Origin: an uncultured Bacteroidota bacterium
GTDB lineage: Bacteria; Bacteroidota; Bacteroidia; Bacteroidales; M50B96
Assembly: GCA_937954085.1 (NCBI GenBank)
Contig: CALGAK010000124.1
Span: forward strand, 1,278 to 65,277
Reading direction: 5' to 3'
DNA length: 64,000 nt
The position numbers were made by a program, and so were the translations under genes. A model generated the notes under the pieces. That model did no database searches, had not been told where the DNA came from, and saw only the letters and a program-made list of their open reading frames with translations. How positions within the stretch are numbered: position 1 is the stretch's first letter; each line of letters starts with the position of its first letter. Shown here piece after piece: positions 46,784 to 56,864 of the stretch.

Positions 46784-47854
46784 ATGAATCGACTTCTTCC
46801 CCTACTGCTTTTCATTTTCGTGTTTTCGTCTTGCGATCCATTCGGGACTCAGTTAGCGGAAGACGATGTTCTTTACTACGAAGCTTCGACCCTTACACCT
46901 GCTAATCCAAAGGATACGCTCACGTTAATGACCTGGAACATCAAGTTTGGTGGAGGTCGCATCGATTTCTTTTTCGACTGTTGGGGAGATCGGGTAACGA
47001 TGACCGAAGAGGAAGTGTTGACTCACCTGGAAGGGTTAGCCCGAAAAATACGGCAAGTGGATCCCGACGTACTTTTCTTACAGGAGGTAGATATTGATTC
47101 GAAACGAAGCGCTTATGTCGATCAGGTTGAATATCTCCTAAATCACACTGACCTCAACTATGCGGTATTTGCCTCGCAATGGAAAGCGAGTTATGTTCCA
47201 TCCGACGGTATTGGCAAAATCAATTCCGGCAATGTGACCCTATCCAAGTATCCCCTCGAAAACGCTGTTCGAATTGGACTGCCCCTCATTCAGGAGCAAT
47301 CGGCAGTGGTCCGATACTTTTACCTCAAACGGAATATTTTAGAAACGGAAGTACAAGTGGGCGACCGTTCGCTGCGCTTATTGAATACCCATTTGAGTGC
47401 CTTCGATCAGGATGGGACGAAGAAAAAACAACTAGATCAGTTGGTTGACACCCTGATTTCAAGAGATAACAGCACCATCAACTTTGTTCTTGGAGGCGAT
47501 TTTAATCTCTTACCTCCGAACACCTTAAAAGTGAAGGACTTTCCCGATTCGATTTGTGAGGAAGAGTTCGAAGCCGATGATTTTACAGCCTCTATTACCT
47601 GGATTGAACCCCTGTTTCTATTTCATCCTGAATTCGATATCGAGGATTATCAATTCGACAATGGACCATATTTTACCCATACCACGAATCACCCTGATCG
47701 AGGTGCCTTTTGGAATCGCAAACTCGATTATTTGTTCACCAATGGTCGATTCATTCCCGGCTCAAACATTACCCACCAAGACGAACATACCGGCATGAAT
47801 ACCATGATGCTTTCCGATCACTGTCCGGTAAGCGTTCAATTTCTAGTCGAGTAA
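46784..47854 (+). CDS. Endonuclease/exonuclease/phosphatase (EEP) family lipoprotein
   Basis: Start trimmed to the ATG at 46784 (MNRLLPLLLFIFVFSSC lipobox). EEP motifs TWNIKFG, LFLQEV, GGDFN and LSDHCPV. Confidence 0.7.
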   Translation: MNRLLPLLLFIFVFSSCDPFGTQLAEDDVLYYEASTLTPANPKDTLTLMTWNIKFGGGRIDFFFDCWGDRVTMTEEEVLTHLEGLARKIRQVDPDVLFLQEVDIDSKRSAYVDQVEYLLNHTDLNYAVFASQWKASYVPSDGIGKINSGNVTLSKYPLENAVRIGLPLIQEQSAVVRYFYLKRNILETEVQVGDRSLRLLNTHLSAFDQDGTKKKQLDQLVDTLISRDNSTINFVLGGDFNLLPPNTLKVKDFPDSICEEEFEADDFTASITWIEPLFLFHPEFDIEDYQFDNGPYFTHTTNHPDRGAFWNRKLDYLFTNGRFIPGSNITHQDEHTGMNTMMLSDHCPVSVQFLVE

Positions 47855-48841
47855 TTGGCTCAGTTTCTTAAATTCATCCCGTGCTGACGCTCGCCGATAC
47901 AAGATGTGATACACCGCATCGGTAATAGGCATGAATACTTGAAACTTCTGATTCAACTCAAAAATACTCTTAACTGCATAATACCCTTCGGCGACCATAT
48001 TCATTTCGAATTGAGTAGCGTTAACCGAGTATCCTTTTCCAATCATGGTTCCGAACGTTCTGTTCCTCGAAAACTTCGAATAAGCGGTTACGAGTAAATC
48101 GCCCAGGTAGGCTGTTCCGTTTACTTCACGGGTAAGAGGATGAACTTGAGCTACAAAACGAGCTATTTCGCGAATGGCATTGGCAATGAGAACAGCCTGG
48201 AAATTATCGCCATACCCGAGTCCATGGCTAATTCCGGCAGCCAGGGCAAAAATATTTTTCAAGACGGCAGCATACTCCGTTCCGATTAAATCGTCGGAGA
48301 TAGAGGCATCGAGGTATCGACAGCGAAGCTGGGTTGCAAAATAAGCAGCCAAATCCTCGTTTCCCGAGGCTATGGTTAAATACGATAAACGTTCCAGGGC
48401 AACTTCTTCGGCATGGCAAGGCCCGGCAATAACCCCAAGCATGGAATACGGAACGTGAAAATCCTGAGCGAGATAATCGGCAACAATTAAATCGCGCTGA
48501 GCAATCATCCCTTTTACCCCCGAAATAATTGCTTTCCCGGAAAGGTCAACGCTCAAAGGTTGAAATAAGTCATGGATAAAGGCGGCCGGTACAGCCAACA
48601 CCAATAACTCAGACTCTTCGACCGCTTGGTTAATATCCGTATAAAAATGAATTCGGCTCGTATCAAACTCAACTTCTCGAAGATAATTCGGGTTTCGTTT
48701 AAACTCTTTCAGGTAATCGACAGTAGCTTCATTTCGCACAAACCAGCCAATCTCGTTTCGATTATTCAACAAGAGCTTGGCTAAAGCAGTGGCCCAACTA
48801 CCGCTTCCTATTACCGATATCCTTGTTTTATCGTTCAGCAT
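47843..48841 (-). CDS. gpsA: NAD(P)H-dependent glycerol-3-phosphate dehydrogenase
   Basis: VIGSGSWATALA Rossmann motif, 332 aa. Confidence 0.85.
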   Translation of the reverse strand: MLNDKTRISVIGSGSWATALAKLLLNNRNEIGWFVRNEATVDYLKEFKRNPNYLREVEFDTSRIHFYTDINQAVEESELLVLAVPAAFIHDLFQPLSVDLSGKAIISGVKGMIAQRDLIVADYLAQDFHVPYSMLGVIAGPCHAEEVALERLSYLTIASGNEDLAAYFATQLRCRYLDASISDDLIGTEYAAVLKNIFALAAGISHGLGYGDNFQAVLIANAIREIARFVAQVHPLTREVNGTAYLGDLLVTAYSKFSRNRTFGTMIGKGYSVNATQFEMNMVAEGYYAVKSIFELNQKFQVFMPITDAVYHILYRRASARDEFKKLSQLLD

Positions 48842-50568
48842 TACTCTTTGCTACACCAATGTTGTACTTCATCTTTACTCGGGTTCGTTAATCCGAGCTT
48901 CTCTTTTTTATTGATTCCGCATAAGTCCTGATGCAATTTATTCGGATTAGCTTGTTGCATGGAAACGAGCGTCAGGTAACCGGCTTTTTGAATAATCGGA
49001 ACCCATTCTGCCGGAATTCCCTTTTCTTGGAATTTCTCGGTTGAATCAATTTGTTTTTTCTTTTCCGGACGCATTTGAGGGAAGAAGAGTACTTCCTGGA
49101 TAGAGCTGTTGTTGGTCATGAACATTGCCAAACGGTCGATTCCGATTCCCATTCCCGACGTGGGGGGCATTCCATATTCCAAGGCACGCACAAAATCGCG
49201 GTCGATAAACATTGCTTCGTCGTCGCCTTTTTCGGAGAGTTTAAGCTGTTCTTCGAAACGCTCCAGCTGATCGATTGGATCGTTTAACTCGGAATACGCA
49301 TTGCATAGCTCCTTGCCGTTAACCATCAACTCAAATCGTTCGGTTAATTCAGGATTATTACGATGCCGTTTACTTAAAGGCGACATTTCCACCGGATAAT
49401 CGATAATAAAGGTTGGCTGAACGTAGTGGTGTTCGCATTTCTCGCCAAATATCTCATCGATTAACTTTCCTTTACCCATCGAAGCATCCACTTCCAGTCC
49501 AAGCTTTTTGCAAACCTCGCGCAATTCTTCCTCGTTCATTCCGGAAACATCGAAACCGGTATGCTCTCTAATCGCTTCCAAGATTGGAACCCGCTTAAAG
49601 GGTCGCTGATAATTAATGAGCTTATCGCCAAAAGGAACCTCGGTTTTTCCATGCAAATCAAGCGCAACTTTCTCGACTAATCGTTCGGTAAAATCCATCA
49701 TCCAATGATAATCTTTGTAGGCAACATAAATCTCCAGCACGGTAAATTCCGGGTTGTGCGTGCGGTCCATTCCTTCGTTCCGGAAATCTTTCGCAAATTC
49801 ATATACCCCTTCGAATCCACCTACAATTAATCGCTTCAGATACAATTCGTTGGCAATGCGCAAATACAAGGGAATATCCAAGGCATTGTGATGCGTAATA
49901 AAAGGACGCGCAGCTGCTCCTCCGGGAATTGACTGCAAGATGGGCGTTTCCACTTCGAGGTAGCCAAAGGAATTGAAAAACTGGCGCATCGAATTAATAA
50001 TCTGAGTGCGCTTTCTAAACGTATCCATCACCCCTTCGTTCACAATCAAATCGACATAACGCTGACGATAGCGTTGATCGGGATCGGAAAAAGCATCGTA
50101 CACCACCCCATCTTTTTCTTTTACGATGGGCAGCGGACGAATAGCTTTCGATAAAACTTTGAATTCTTTTACATGCAGCGAAGTTTCGCCCACCTGGGTT
50201 TTAAAAACATAGCCACTTACCCCGATGATGTCGCCGATATCGAGCAATTTCTTGAAAACAGTATTATAGAGCGTTTTATCGTCGCCCGGACAAATATCGT
50301 CGCGACGAAAATAAACTTGAATCCGGTCGGTATGATCCATTAAATGAATAAAGGAAGCATTCCCCATGATGCGTCGGCTCATAATCCGGCCGGCCAAATG
50401 AACTTCCTGATAATTATTTTTTTCCGGGTCGAAGTGTTCTAAAATTTCCGCTGCAGTGGCATTTACCTTAAATTCCTCGGCAGGATAAGGCTCGATACCC
50501 AGTTTTCGGAGTTCCTGAAGTGAATTTCTTCTCAATAATTCCTGTTCACTCAAGTGTAAATCGCTCAT
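48841..50568 (-). CDS. lysS: Lysine--tRNA ligase (class II) with a C-terminal extension
   Basis: An OB-fold N-domain and class II motifs ([24 protein letters not shown]). The stop overlaps the gpsA start (TAATG). Confidence 0.9.
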   Translation of the reverse strand: MSDLHLSEQELLRRNSLQELRKLGIEPYPAEEFKVNATAAEILEHFDPEKNNYQEVHLAGRIMSRRIMGNASFIHLMDHTDRIQVYFRRDDICPGDDKTLYNTVFKKLLDIGDIIGVSGYVFKTQVGETSLHVKEFKVLSKAIRPLPIVKEKDGVVYDAFSDPDQRYRQRYVDLIVNEGVMDTFRKRTQIINSMRQFFNSFGYLEVETPILQSIPGGAAARPFITHHNALDIPLYLRIANELYLKRLIVGGFEGVYEFAKDFRNEGMDRTHNPEFTVLEIYVAYKDYHWMMDFTERLVEKVALDLHGKTEVPFGDKLINYQRPFKRVPILEAIREHTGFDVSGMNEEELREVCKKLGLEVDASMGKGKLIDEIFGEKCEHHYVQPTFIIDYPVEMSPLSKRHRNNPELTERFELMVNGKELCNAYSELNDPIDQLERFEEQLKLSEKGDDEAMFIDRDFVRALEYGMPPTSGMGIGIDRLAMFMTNNSSIQEVLFFPQMRPEKKKQIDSTEKFQEKGIPAEWVPIIQKAGYLTLVSMQQANPNKLHQDLCGINKKEKLGLTNPSKDEVQHWCSKE

Positions 50569-50665
50569 AAATTTGCTTGTTTTTGTTGGGCTGCAAAGAT
50601 AATAGAAAAGCGCATTGACCTTCGTGTTTAACGAGCTTGTATCAAGCTATTTCCAATTGGAAAAA

Positions 50666-50673
50666 TAACTTTG
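50666..50673 (+). promoter_or_regulatory. Candidate Bacteroidota -7 promoter element (TAnnTTTG) for ispG
   Basis: TAACTTTG lies 16 nt upstream of the ATG at 50689. It overlaps the TTG start proposed by the ORF track, which argues for the downstream ATG. Confidence 0.3.
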
Positions 50674-50688
50674 CACAAATTTTTTTCT

Positions 50689-52512
50689 ATGATACGCCGT
50701 CGGCATACACAATCGGTAAACATCGGTTCCTTGATTATGGGTGGTGAAAACCCCATTCGGATTCAAAGCATGACCGATTGTTTCACCATGGACACCGAAG
50801 CCAGTGTAGCCCAGTGCAAGCGTTTGAGCGACGCCGGCGCTGAACTGGTGCGGCTCACGACACCCGGCATTCGCGAAGCAAAAAATCTGGCAATCATCAA
50901 AGAGCAACTGCTAGCCGACCACTATCCTGTTCCGCTTTGCGCCGATGTACACTACACACCAAACGCTGCAGAAATGGCCGCTTTGTACGTTGAAAAAGTG
51001 AGAATTAATCCCGGTAATTTTATCGATAAACCTCATCTACATGAACCGCTTTATTCGCCACACGACGAGATTAAAGAGCTTCAAAAAATAAAAGAGAAAC
51101 TCCTGCCGCTGGTCAAGCTTTGTAAAAGCCGAAAGGTTGCTATCCGAATTGGGACCAATCATGGATCATTGTCGCCCCGCATCCTTCAAACCTACGGCGA
51201 CACTCCCGAAGGAATGGTTGAATCGACCCTCGAATACCTCCGATTTCTTCGAAAAGAAGATTTCGACCAGGTAGTTATCAGCCTAAAAGCAAGTAACCCA
51301 CTTATTACGGTAGAAGCCAACCGTTTGCTGGTGAAGAAAATGCAGGAGGAGAACATGCATTTCCCCCTTCATCTTGGAGTAACCGAAGCCGGCGAAGGCA
51401 CGGAAGGGCGGCTCAATTCAGCTGTGGGAATTGCCGCTTTGCTTCGCGAAGGAATAGGCGATACCCTTCGTGTTTCGCTTACAGAACCACCGGAGAACGA
51501 AATACCGGTAGCTCGAAAAATTCTTCAGTATATCGAAAATCTACCTCGCGAGGCATCCTACTTTCCACCCGATTGGCGCATTACCACTCACCGAAAAAAG
51601 GTTCAATTTCCCGCTGAATGGGAGCAACCTGATGTCCCATTACTGGTGGGGAAGCTCTCAGCAGGCGCTACTGGCAAAGCGGAAATTCTGCTAGCAAGGC
51701 CAGGCGACCCACTCAAGCTTGCAACCTCACAACCCTTGCTCTTAGCCTGGAATCATCCCGAATGGGAACTTTTTCAAGGAATGAAAACACCGATGTTTAC
51801 TTTTCCCGAATACCTACAAAATAAGCCATCGGAACGGATAGCAATCACCATCGAAACCTCGGAAGATTTCCGCAATTTCATGAATCAACCCATCCTTCCG
51901 GATGAGGCAATCCTTCTCTTACAGCTTCCGTCGGGCGAAGGAGTGAGTCAACTTTTAGAAATCCTGGAATCGGAATTATTTACCTCCAACCCCTTCCCAT
52001 TAATTTTGATGAGCAAACACAACGAAAGCGATTGGGAGGATTATCTGATTGCTGCCAGTGCCGAAGCGGGCTACCTGCTTTTACTCGGTTACGGAAATGG
52101 GATCTTGTTGGAAAACCCCCATTTTTCCAACAAACAAAACGAAGATCTTAGCCTCGCACTCCTGCAGGCAGCGCAGGCCCGGAGAAGTAAAACCCAGTTC
52201 GTTTCCTGTCCCGGTTGTGGGCGAACCTTATTCAATTTACAACAAACAACCCTCGATGTAAAATCGAAGCTATCGCACCTCGAGCATTTAAAAATTGCGG
52301 TAATGGGCTGCATCGTAAACGGACCAGGCGAAATGGCCGATGCCGATTACGGATACGTTGGATCAGGGAAAGGAAAAGTGAGTTTATATCGAAACAGGAA
52401 TTTAGTTCGCAAACACATCGATGAACAAGAGGCCTTACAAGCGCTGATTCAATTAATTCGGGACGATGGAAAATGGAAGGAACCTGAATCCACATTTCAG
52501 GATGAATTTTAA
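50689..52512 (+). CDS. ispG: 4-hydroxy-3-methylbut-2-en-1-yl diphosphate synthase, long (insert-domain) type
   Basis: GGENPIRIQSMT, RINPGN, CPGCGRT and MGCIVNGPGE motifs, with a central insert of about 250 aa. Confidence 0.85.
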   Translation: MIRRRHTQSVNIGSLIMGGENPIRIQSMTDCFTMDTEASVAQCKRLSDAGAELVRLTTPGIREAKNLAIIKEQLLADHYPVPLCADVHYTPNAAEMAALYVEKVRINPGNFIDKPHLHEPLYSPHDEIKELQKIKEKLLPLVKLCKSRKVAIRIGTNHGSLSPRILQTYGDTPEGMVESTLEYLRFLRKEDFDQVVISLKASNPLITVEANRLLVKKMQEENMHFPLHLGVTEAGEGTEGRLNSAVGIAALLREGIGDTLRVSLTEPPENEIPVARKILQYIENLPREASYFPPDWRITTHRKKVQFPAEWEQPDVPLLVGKLSAGATGKAEILLARPGDPLKLATSQPLLLAWNHPEWELFQGMKTPMFTFPEYLQNKPSERIAITIETSEDFRNFMNQPILPDEAILLLQLPSGEGVSQLLEILESELFTSNPFPLILMSKHNESDWEDYLIAASAEAGYLLLLGYGNGILLENPHFSNKQNEDLSLALLQAAQARRSKTQFVSCPGCGRTLFNLQQTTLDVKSKLSHLEHLKIAVMGCIVNGPGEMADADYGYVGSGKGKVSLYRNRNLVRKHIDEQEALQALIQLIRDDGKWKEPESTFQDEF

Positions 52513-52758
52513 GTGGAAACCAAGCAAAACTAATTTATATTTACCCTTTAGGAAGAAATCCGATTAATAATTTAAGCGGAAAAGCTTTAGCCTGGCGACA
52601 GAGAAATGAACAAGGCTGTGGAATCAACTTGAAGAGCCATTCATGCTGAAGTCTTTTCACCTTAACGAAGAATGAAAACCATTTTTGTCTTACCATTTTT
52701 CACTTTTATGACCCAAAACGGAAGTCTTGCTTTTATCCTGTAACTAAACACTTTAACC

Positions 52759-55512
52759 ATGAATAAGTACCGTTTCTTTTTGCTTTTCAGTTTACTGCTT
52801 CTTGCTTCGGTAAGTGCTGTGTATTTTTTCTCTTCGCCCGAGTCGAAGACTCCCCTCGGACCTGTAAATGCCGGACCCAATGAGGACAGTCCGAAGGATC
52901 GACTTGCCTGGCGCCATGAACGGTTAAGAGATCCGGCAACGGGTGAGATCCCAGCCGGAATGCGGGCTATGGAAATGAAGTTTGCTCGCACGTTGCCAAA
53001 CGACGCAGGTCAAAAAAGCTTAACTTGGACGGCCAGAGGGCCACACAATATTGGCGGTAGAACACGTGCCTTTGCCTACGACGTGACCAATCCGAACCGG
53101 CTGGTGGCAGGTGGTGTAACCGGCGCCATTTACATATCGGAAAACAATGGAGCACATTGGGTTCGGGTAACCACCGCGGATCATTTCCCGGCGGTCTCTT
53201 GCCTTGTTCAAGATCCACGACCCGGCAAAACCGATACCTGGTATTATGGAACCGGCGAGGCACGTGGAGGTTACATTGTAAGTCAGTTTTATTACGGCGA
53301 CGGACTATATAAATCGACCGATCAAGGGTTAAGTTGGGAACCCTTAACCGCAACCCAAGGGAATGAACCCCATAGCTTCGATTCGGAGTGGAATTTTGTA
53401 AATCGATTAGCGGTAGATGCATCCAACCTTAGCGAAGATGAAGTTTATGCAGCCACTTACGGAGGGATTCAGCGCTCCGTCGATGGAGGGCAAAGTTGGA
53501 CCGAAGTTTTGGGAGCCAGCAGCCCTGCTTCCTACTACACCGAGTTGGCGATTACCACCAGTGGAGTGGTTTACGCAACACTCGACTCCGATGGAGCCGA
53601 CAAAGGTCTTTGGCGAAGCGACGATGGAATAAACTGGACCAACATAACCCCACTCGACACCTTCCCCCCAGAATACGAGCGCATCGTGATTGCTGTTAAT
53701 CCATCGAACGAAAATGAAGTCTATTTCCTCGGGAAAACCCCTGGCTATGGTCAGTTTTCGCAAGCTTTTTTTGGCTACGAAGACTGGAACAGCCTCTGGA
53801 AATACACCTACCTGAGTGGCGATGGATCCGGGACTGGAGGAAGCTGGGAGAACTTATCGGAAAACATACCCGGTAGCAGTCCTTATGTATTCGATAACTT
53901 CTACACCCAATACTCTTACAACATGATGATGACCGTTTCGCCCCACGACCCAAATCTCATTCTGATTGGAGCAACCAACTTGTATCGCAGTACCGATGGG
54001 TTTACCTCACCCGATAACGTGACGCAAATTGGTGGTTACTGGGTTGGTTCGACGCTACCGGCTGGCAGTTGGGGTTCCTACCTCAATCATCACCCCGACC
54101 AACACCTGGCTGTTTTTCATCCCACCGATTCCGGCATGGTTTATTCTGCCACCGATGGAGGCTTATACCTAACTCAGCAAATTTACGATTCCATTGTAAG
54201 CTGGGATAACATTAATCGAGGCTACAACACCACACAAGTTTACACCGTTGGATTCGACCGCACTACGACCGACGATGTTTTGATTGCCGGTTTTCAGGAC
54301 AATGCCAATTATTTCGTCAACACCTCCGACACGGCTGTCGATTGGGTGATGCCATTGAATGGGGATGGCTCTTACATGGGCATTGCTCCGAATAAAGACT
54401 ATTACATTTTGTCGATTAATCGGGGAAAGATTTACAAGATGGATTTGGATGCAAACGGAGGCGTGCTTGCCTACAACCGCATCGATCCCGCTTCGGTCGA
54501 TCCCGACGACTACCTCTTTATCAATCCATTGATTATGGATCCGAACGATCCCGACATCATCTATGTGGGTGGTGGTTCCAGATTGTATCGCAACAACCAG
54601 CTTTCGAGTATTCCCTATACGAACGAGCACGATTCCATCGACACCGGGTGGTTTGCTTATAGTCACGAAGCTGGTTCAACCGTTCAGGTTTCCTGCATCG
54701 ATGTTTCCGTTAACCCGGCACACACTGTTTGGTATGGAACCAGTAACCGGCGAATTTTTAAAGTAGAGAATGCGCATACCGGCGATCCGGAGCACATTGC
54801 CATGCCCATTATTCAGTTTCCGGCTGCCTATGTGAGTCGTATTGCGATTCATCCGCATCATTCCGATACTGTAATCGTTGTTTTCTCGAATTACAAAGTG
54901 TATAGCTTATTTTACACCATCGACGGAGGCGAATCCTGGATCAAAGGAGCCGGCAATCTTGAGGAGCACCCACTTGGAACCGGAGCCGGACCAAGCTTAG
55001 GTTGCGTTGCTATTTTACCCCGCGACGATGGGGATTTATTCCTGATTGGAACTACGGTGGGAATGTACGGAACCTATTCCCTCGATAGCATGAATACTGT
55101 GTGGACCCAATTGGGTAGCGATGCTTTTGGAAAATCGATTGTAGAGGATATTAAAGTGCGCGAAACCGATGGCTTGGTGGTAGTTGGAACTTACGGACAA
55201 GGAGTTTACAGCACACATATCGAGTCGGTTGCTCAGGTGTTTCCCCAAATTGGCATTTCTGAAACGACTGCTCATACACACGAGCTCAATCTGTACCCAA
55301 ATCCGGTTAGCCGCGAACTACAGTTTGAAGCCAAGTGGGAGGCTAGCGAGTATGCCGTAACGATTCTTTCGATGGACGGAAAAACATGGCTGCAGGAAAG
55401 TTTCGCTCAGGCGAATTTCAGACTGAATGTCGAAAGTCTTCCGGCAGGTAATTACCTTTGTCGCGTTGAGTCGAAAAACATTCGGGTAAGTAAAAACTTT
55501 ATCAAGCAGTAA
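52759..55512 (+). CDS. BNR/Asp-box repeat beta-propeller protein (sortilin/VPS10- or GH74-like) with a T9SS C-terminal sorting domain
   Basis: Repeated SxDxGxxW boxes (STDQGLSWE, SVDGGQSWT, RSDDGINWT, TIDGGESWI). The CTD reads LNLYPNPVSRELQFE...GNYLCRVESKNIRVSKNFIKQ. Confidence 0.7.
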   Translation: MNKYRFFLLFSLLLLASVSAVYFFSSPESKTPLGPVNAGPNEDSPKDRLAWRHERLRDPATGEIPAGMRAMEMKFARTLPNDAGQKSLTWTARGPHNIGGRTRAFAYDVTNPNRLVAGGVTGAIYISENNGAHWVRVTTADHFPAVSCLVQDPRPGKTDTWYYGTGEARGGYIVSQFYYGDGLYKSTDQGLSWEPLTATQGNEPHSFDSEWNFVNRLAVDASNLSEDEVYAATYGGIQRSVDGGQSWTEVLGASSPASYYTELAITTSGVVYATLDSDGADKGLWRSDDGINWTNITPLDTFPPEYERIVIAVNPSNENEVYFLGKTPGYGQFSQAFFGYEDWNSLWKYTYLSGDGSGTGGSWENLSENIPGSSPYVFDNFYTQYSYNMMMTVSPHDPNLILIGATNLYRSTDGFTSPDNVTQIGGYWVGSTLPAGSWGSYLNHHPDQHLAVFHPTDSGMVYSATDGGLYLTQQIYDSIVSWDNINRGYNTTQVYTVGFDRTTTDDVLIAGFQDNANYFVNTSDTAVDWVMPLNGDGSYMGIAPNKDYYILSINRGKIYKMDLDANGGVLAYNRIDPASVDPDDYLFINPLIMDPNDPDIIYVGGGSRLYRNNQLSSIPYTNEHDSIDTGWFAYSHEAGSTVQVSCIDVSVNPAHTVWYGTSNRRIFKVENAHTGDPEHIAMPIIQFPAAYVSRIAIHPHHSDTVIVVFSNYKVYSLFYTIDGGESWIKGAGNLEEHPLGTGAGPSLGCVAILPRDDGDLFLIGTTVGMYGTYSLDSMNTVWTQLGSDAFGKSIVEDIKVRETDGLVVVGTYGQGVYSTHIESVAQVFPQIGISETTAHTHELNLYPNPVSRELQFEAKWEASEYAVTILSMDGKTWLQESFAQANFRLNVESLPAGNYLCRVESKNIRVSKNFIKQ

Positions 55513-55564
55513 TTGGCAAGTATTCGCCTTACATCGAAACCCGATTAATCAATAAGCGAGAAGG

Positions 55565-55993
55565 ATGAGTTCATTTCTGGTAAATCAATTGGCCGATATC
55601 GAAGCTGCAGCTGCGTGGTTACACAGCAATTTGGAAGGGGCAAGAGTATTGGCATTTTACGGCGAGATGGGCGTTGGAAAAACAACCCTAATCAAGTCGC
55701 TCTGCAAGCAATTGGGAGCGGCAGAAACGGTTACCAGTCCCACCTTCTCCCTTATTAATGAATACGAACTTCCGAATAATCACTTGGTTTATCATTTCGA
55801 TTTTTATCGAATCGAAACCATCGACGAAGTATATGATTTTGGCTACGAAGAATACTTTTTTGGAGAAGAATACTGTTTCATAGAATGGCCGGAGTTGATT
55901 GAGGAATTATTGCCCGAGGATTGTTTACGGATACACATCCGTTTGCTATCCGACAACAAACGGCTCATTGAATTACAGCAAAACGCACACTAA
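55565..55993 (+). CDS. tsaE: tRNA t6A37 biosynthesis ATPase TsaE
   Basis: 142 aa, P-loop GEMGVGKTT, SPTFSLINEY and HFDFYR motifs. Confidence 0.8.
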   Translation: MSSFLVNQLADIEAAAAWLHSNLEGARVLAFYGEMGVGKTTLIKSLCKQLGAAETVTSPTFSLINEYELPNNHLVYHFDFYRIETIDEVYDFGYEEYFFGEEYCFIEWPELIEELLPEDCLRIHIRLLSDNKRLIELQQNAH

Positions 55994-56697
55994 TGCCCGG
56001 AAAAAAACTCTTGTTAATCATTCTTTTAGGCCTAGGCATGTTTCCTGCTTTAGGACAACATACCAAGCCTTTGAATACACCCTTATACGATTTGGATCGC
56101 TGGCATTTTGGCTTTACTATCGGGTTAAATTCAATGGACTTCGACATATACAACGATCGTCGAATCACCAGTTTCGATTCCGTGTATGCCGTCAACAATG
56201 TGCGGCAAGCAGGTTTCAATCTGGGCATTGTTAGTAACCTGCGACTCATGCCTTACCTCGACCTACGCTTTCTTCCGGGGATAACCTTCGGTCAGCGTAA
56301 CCTCGAATACCTCATGCGCGATGGTATGAACTTCTACAAAAAGACCATGCAAGTGGAATCGACCTTTTTAGAATTTCCTTTCCTTTTGAAATACAAAGCC
56401 AAACGAATCAATAATTACCGACCTTATCTGCTGGCTGGAATAAATTATCGCATCGATTTAGCCTCGCGCGATGAAGTTAAAGAAGAGCTTCAGCCCATGA
56501 TTTTGCTCGACAGGCACGATGTGTATTACGAGCTAGGTTTTGGTGTCGATTACTACTTACCCTACTTTAAGTTTTCGACCGAAATCAAGTATGCTGTAGG
56601 CTTAAACAATGTGCTGCGACCAGATGGTTCGCAATTCACCAACTCAATTGAGAAACTCATTTCGAATTTGGTGATTATATCCTTTCATTTCGAGTAA
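55993..56697 (+). CDS. PorT-family outer-membrane beta-barrel protein
   Basis: 234 aa with a signal peptide. HFGFTIGLNSMDF and GFNLGIVSNLRL...LDLRFLPG strands resemble the PorT/SprT family as I recall it. The start overlaps the tsaE stop (TAATG). Confidence 0.5.
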   Translation: MPGKKLLLIILLGLGMFPALGQHTKPLNTPLYDLDRWHFGFTIGLNSMDFDIYNDRRITSFDSVYAVNNVRQAGFNLGIVSNLRLMPYLDLRFLPGITFGQRNLEYLMRDGMNFYKKTMQVESTFLEFPFLLKYKAKRINNYRPYLLAGINYRIDLASRDEVKEELQPMILLDRHDVYYELGFGVDYYLPYFKFSTEIKYAVGLNNVLRPDGSQFTNSIEKLISNLVIISFHFE

Positions 56698-56864
56698 GGA
56701 TTCATCCCGAAATAAAAAACAGCAGACAAACTAGATGGGTTTGGGACTTCAATTCTTATCGAACATTTGCAATCAGCACTGTAATCAGATTGACTAATGG
56801 TGTAATTAGGCAATAGGTATTAGTCCCTTTTAAAAGAAATTGCTGAATCAACCAATCGTACTAC

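Noticed and set aside
50623-50637. Short palindrome agcttgtatcaagct in the lysS/ispG divergent intergenic region
   Set aside because: It has 6-bp arms with a 3-nt centre, which is within chance expectation for a 100-nt AT-rich spacer. I recognise no known motif.
52513-52758. 246-nt ORF-free leader upstream of the BNR-repeat gene as a possible ncRNA
   Set aside because: I found only an imperfect hairpin (atgaacaaggct / agccattcat) and no terminator or recognisable RNA motif. It is most simply a promoter and 5' UTR region.
52662-52991. 109-aa minus-strand ORF overlapping the start of the BNR-repeat gene
   Set aside because: It overlaps the signal-peptide region of a strongly supported 917-aa gene, and its Arg/Ser-rich composition is typical of antisense translation.
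54169-54666. 165-aa minus-strand ORF inside the BNR-repeat gene
   Set aside because: It is a shadow ORF, and the plus strand carries repeated Asp-box motifs through this interval.
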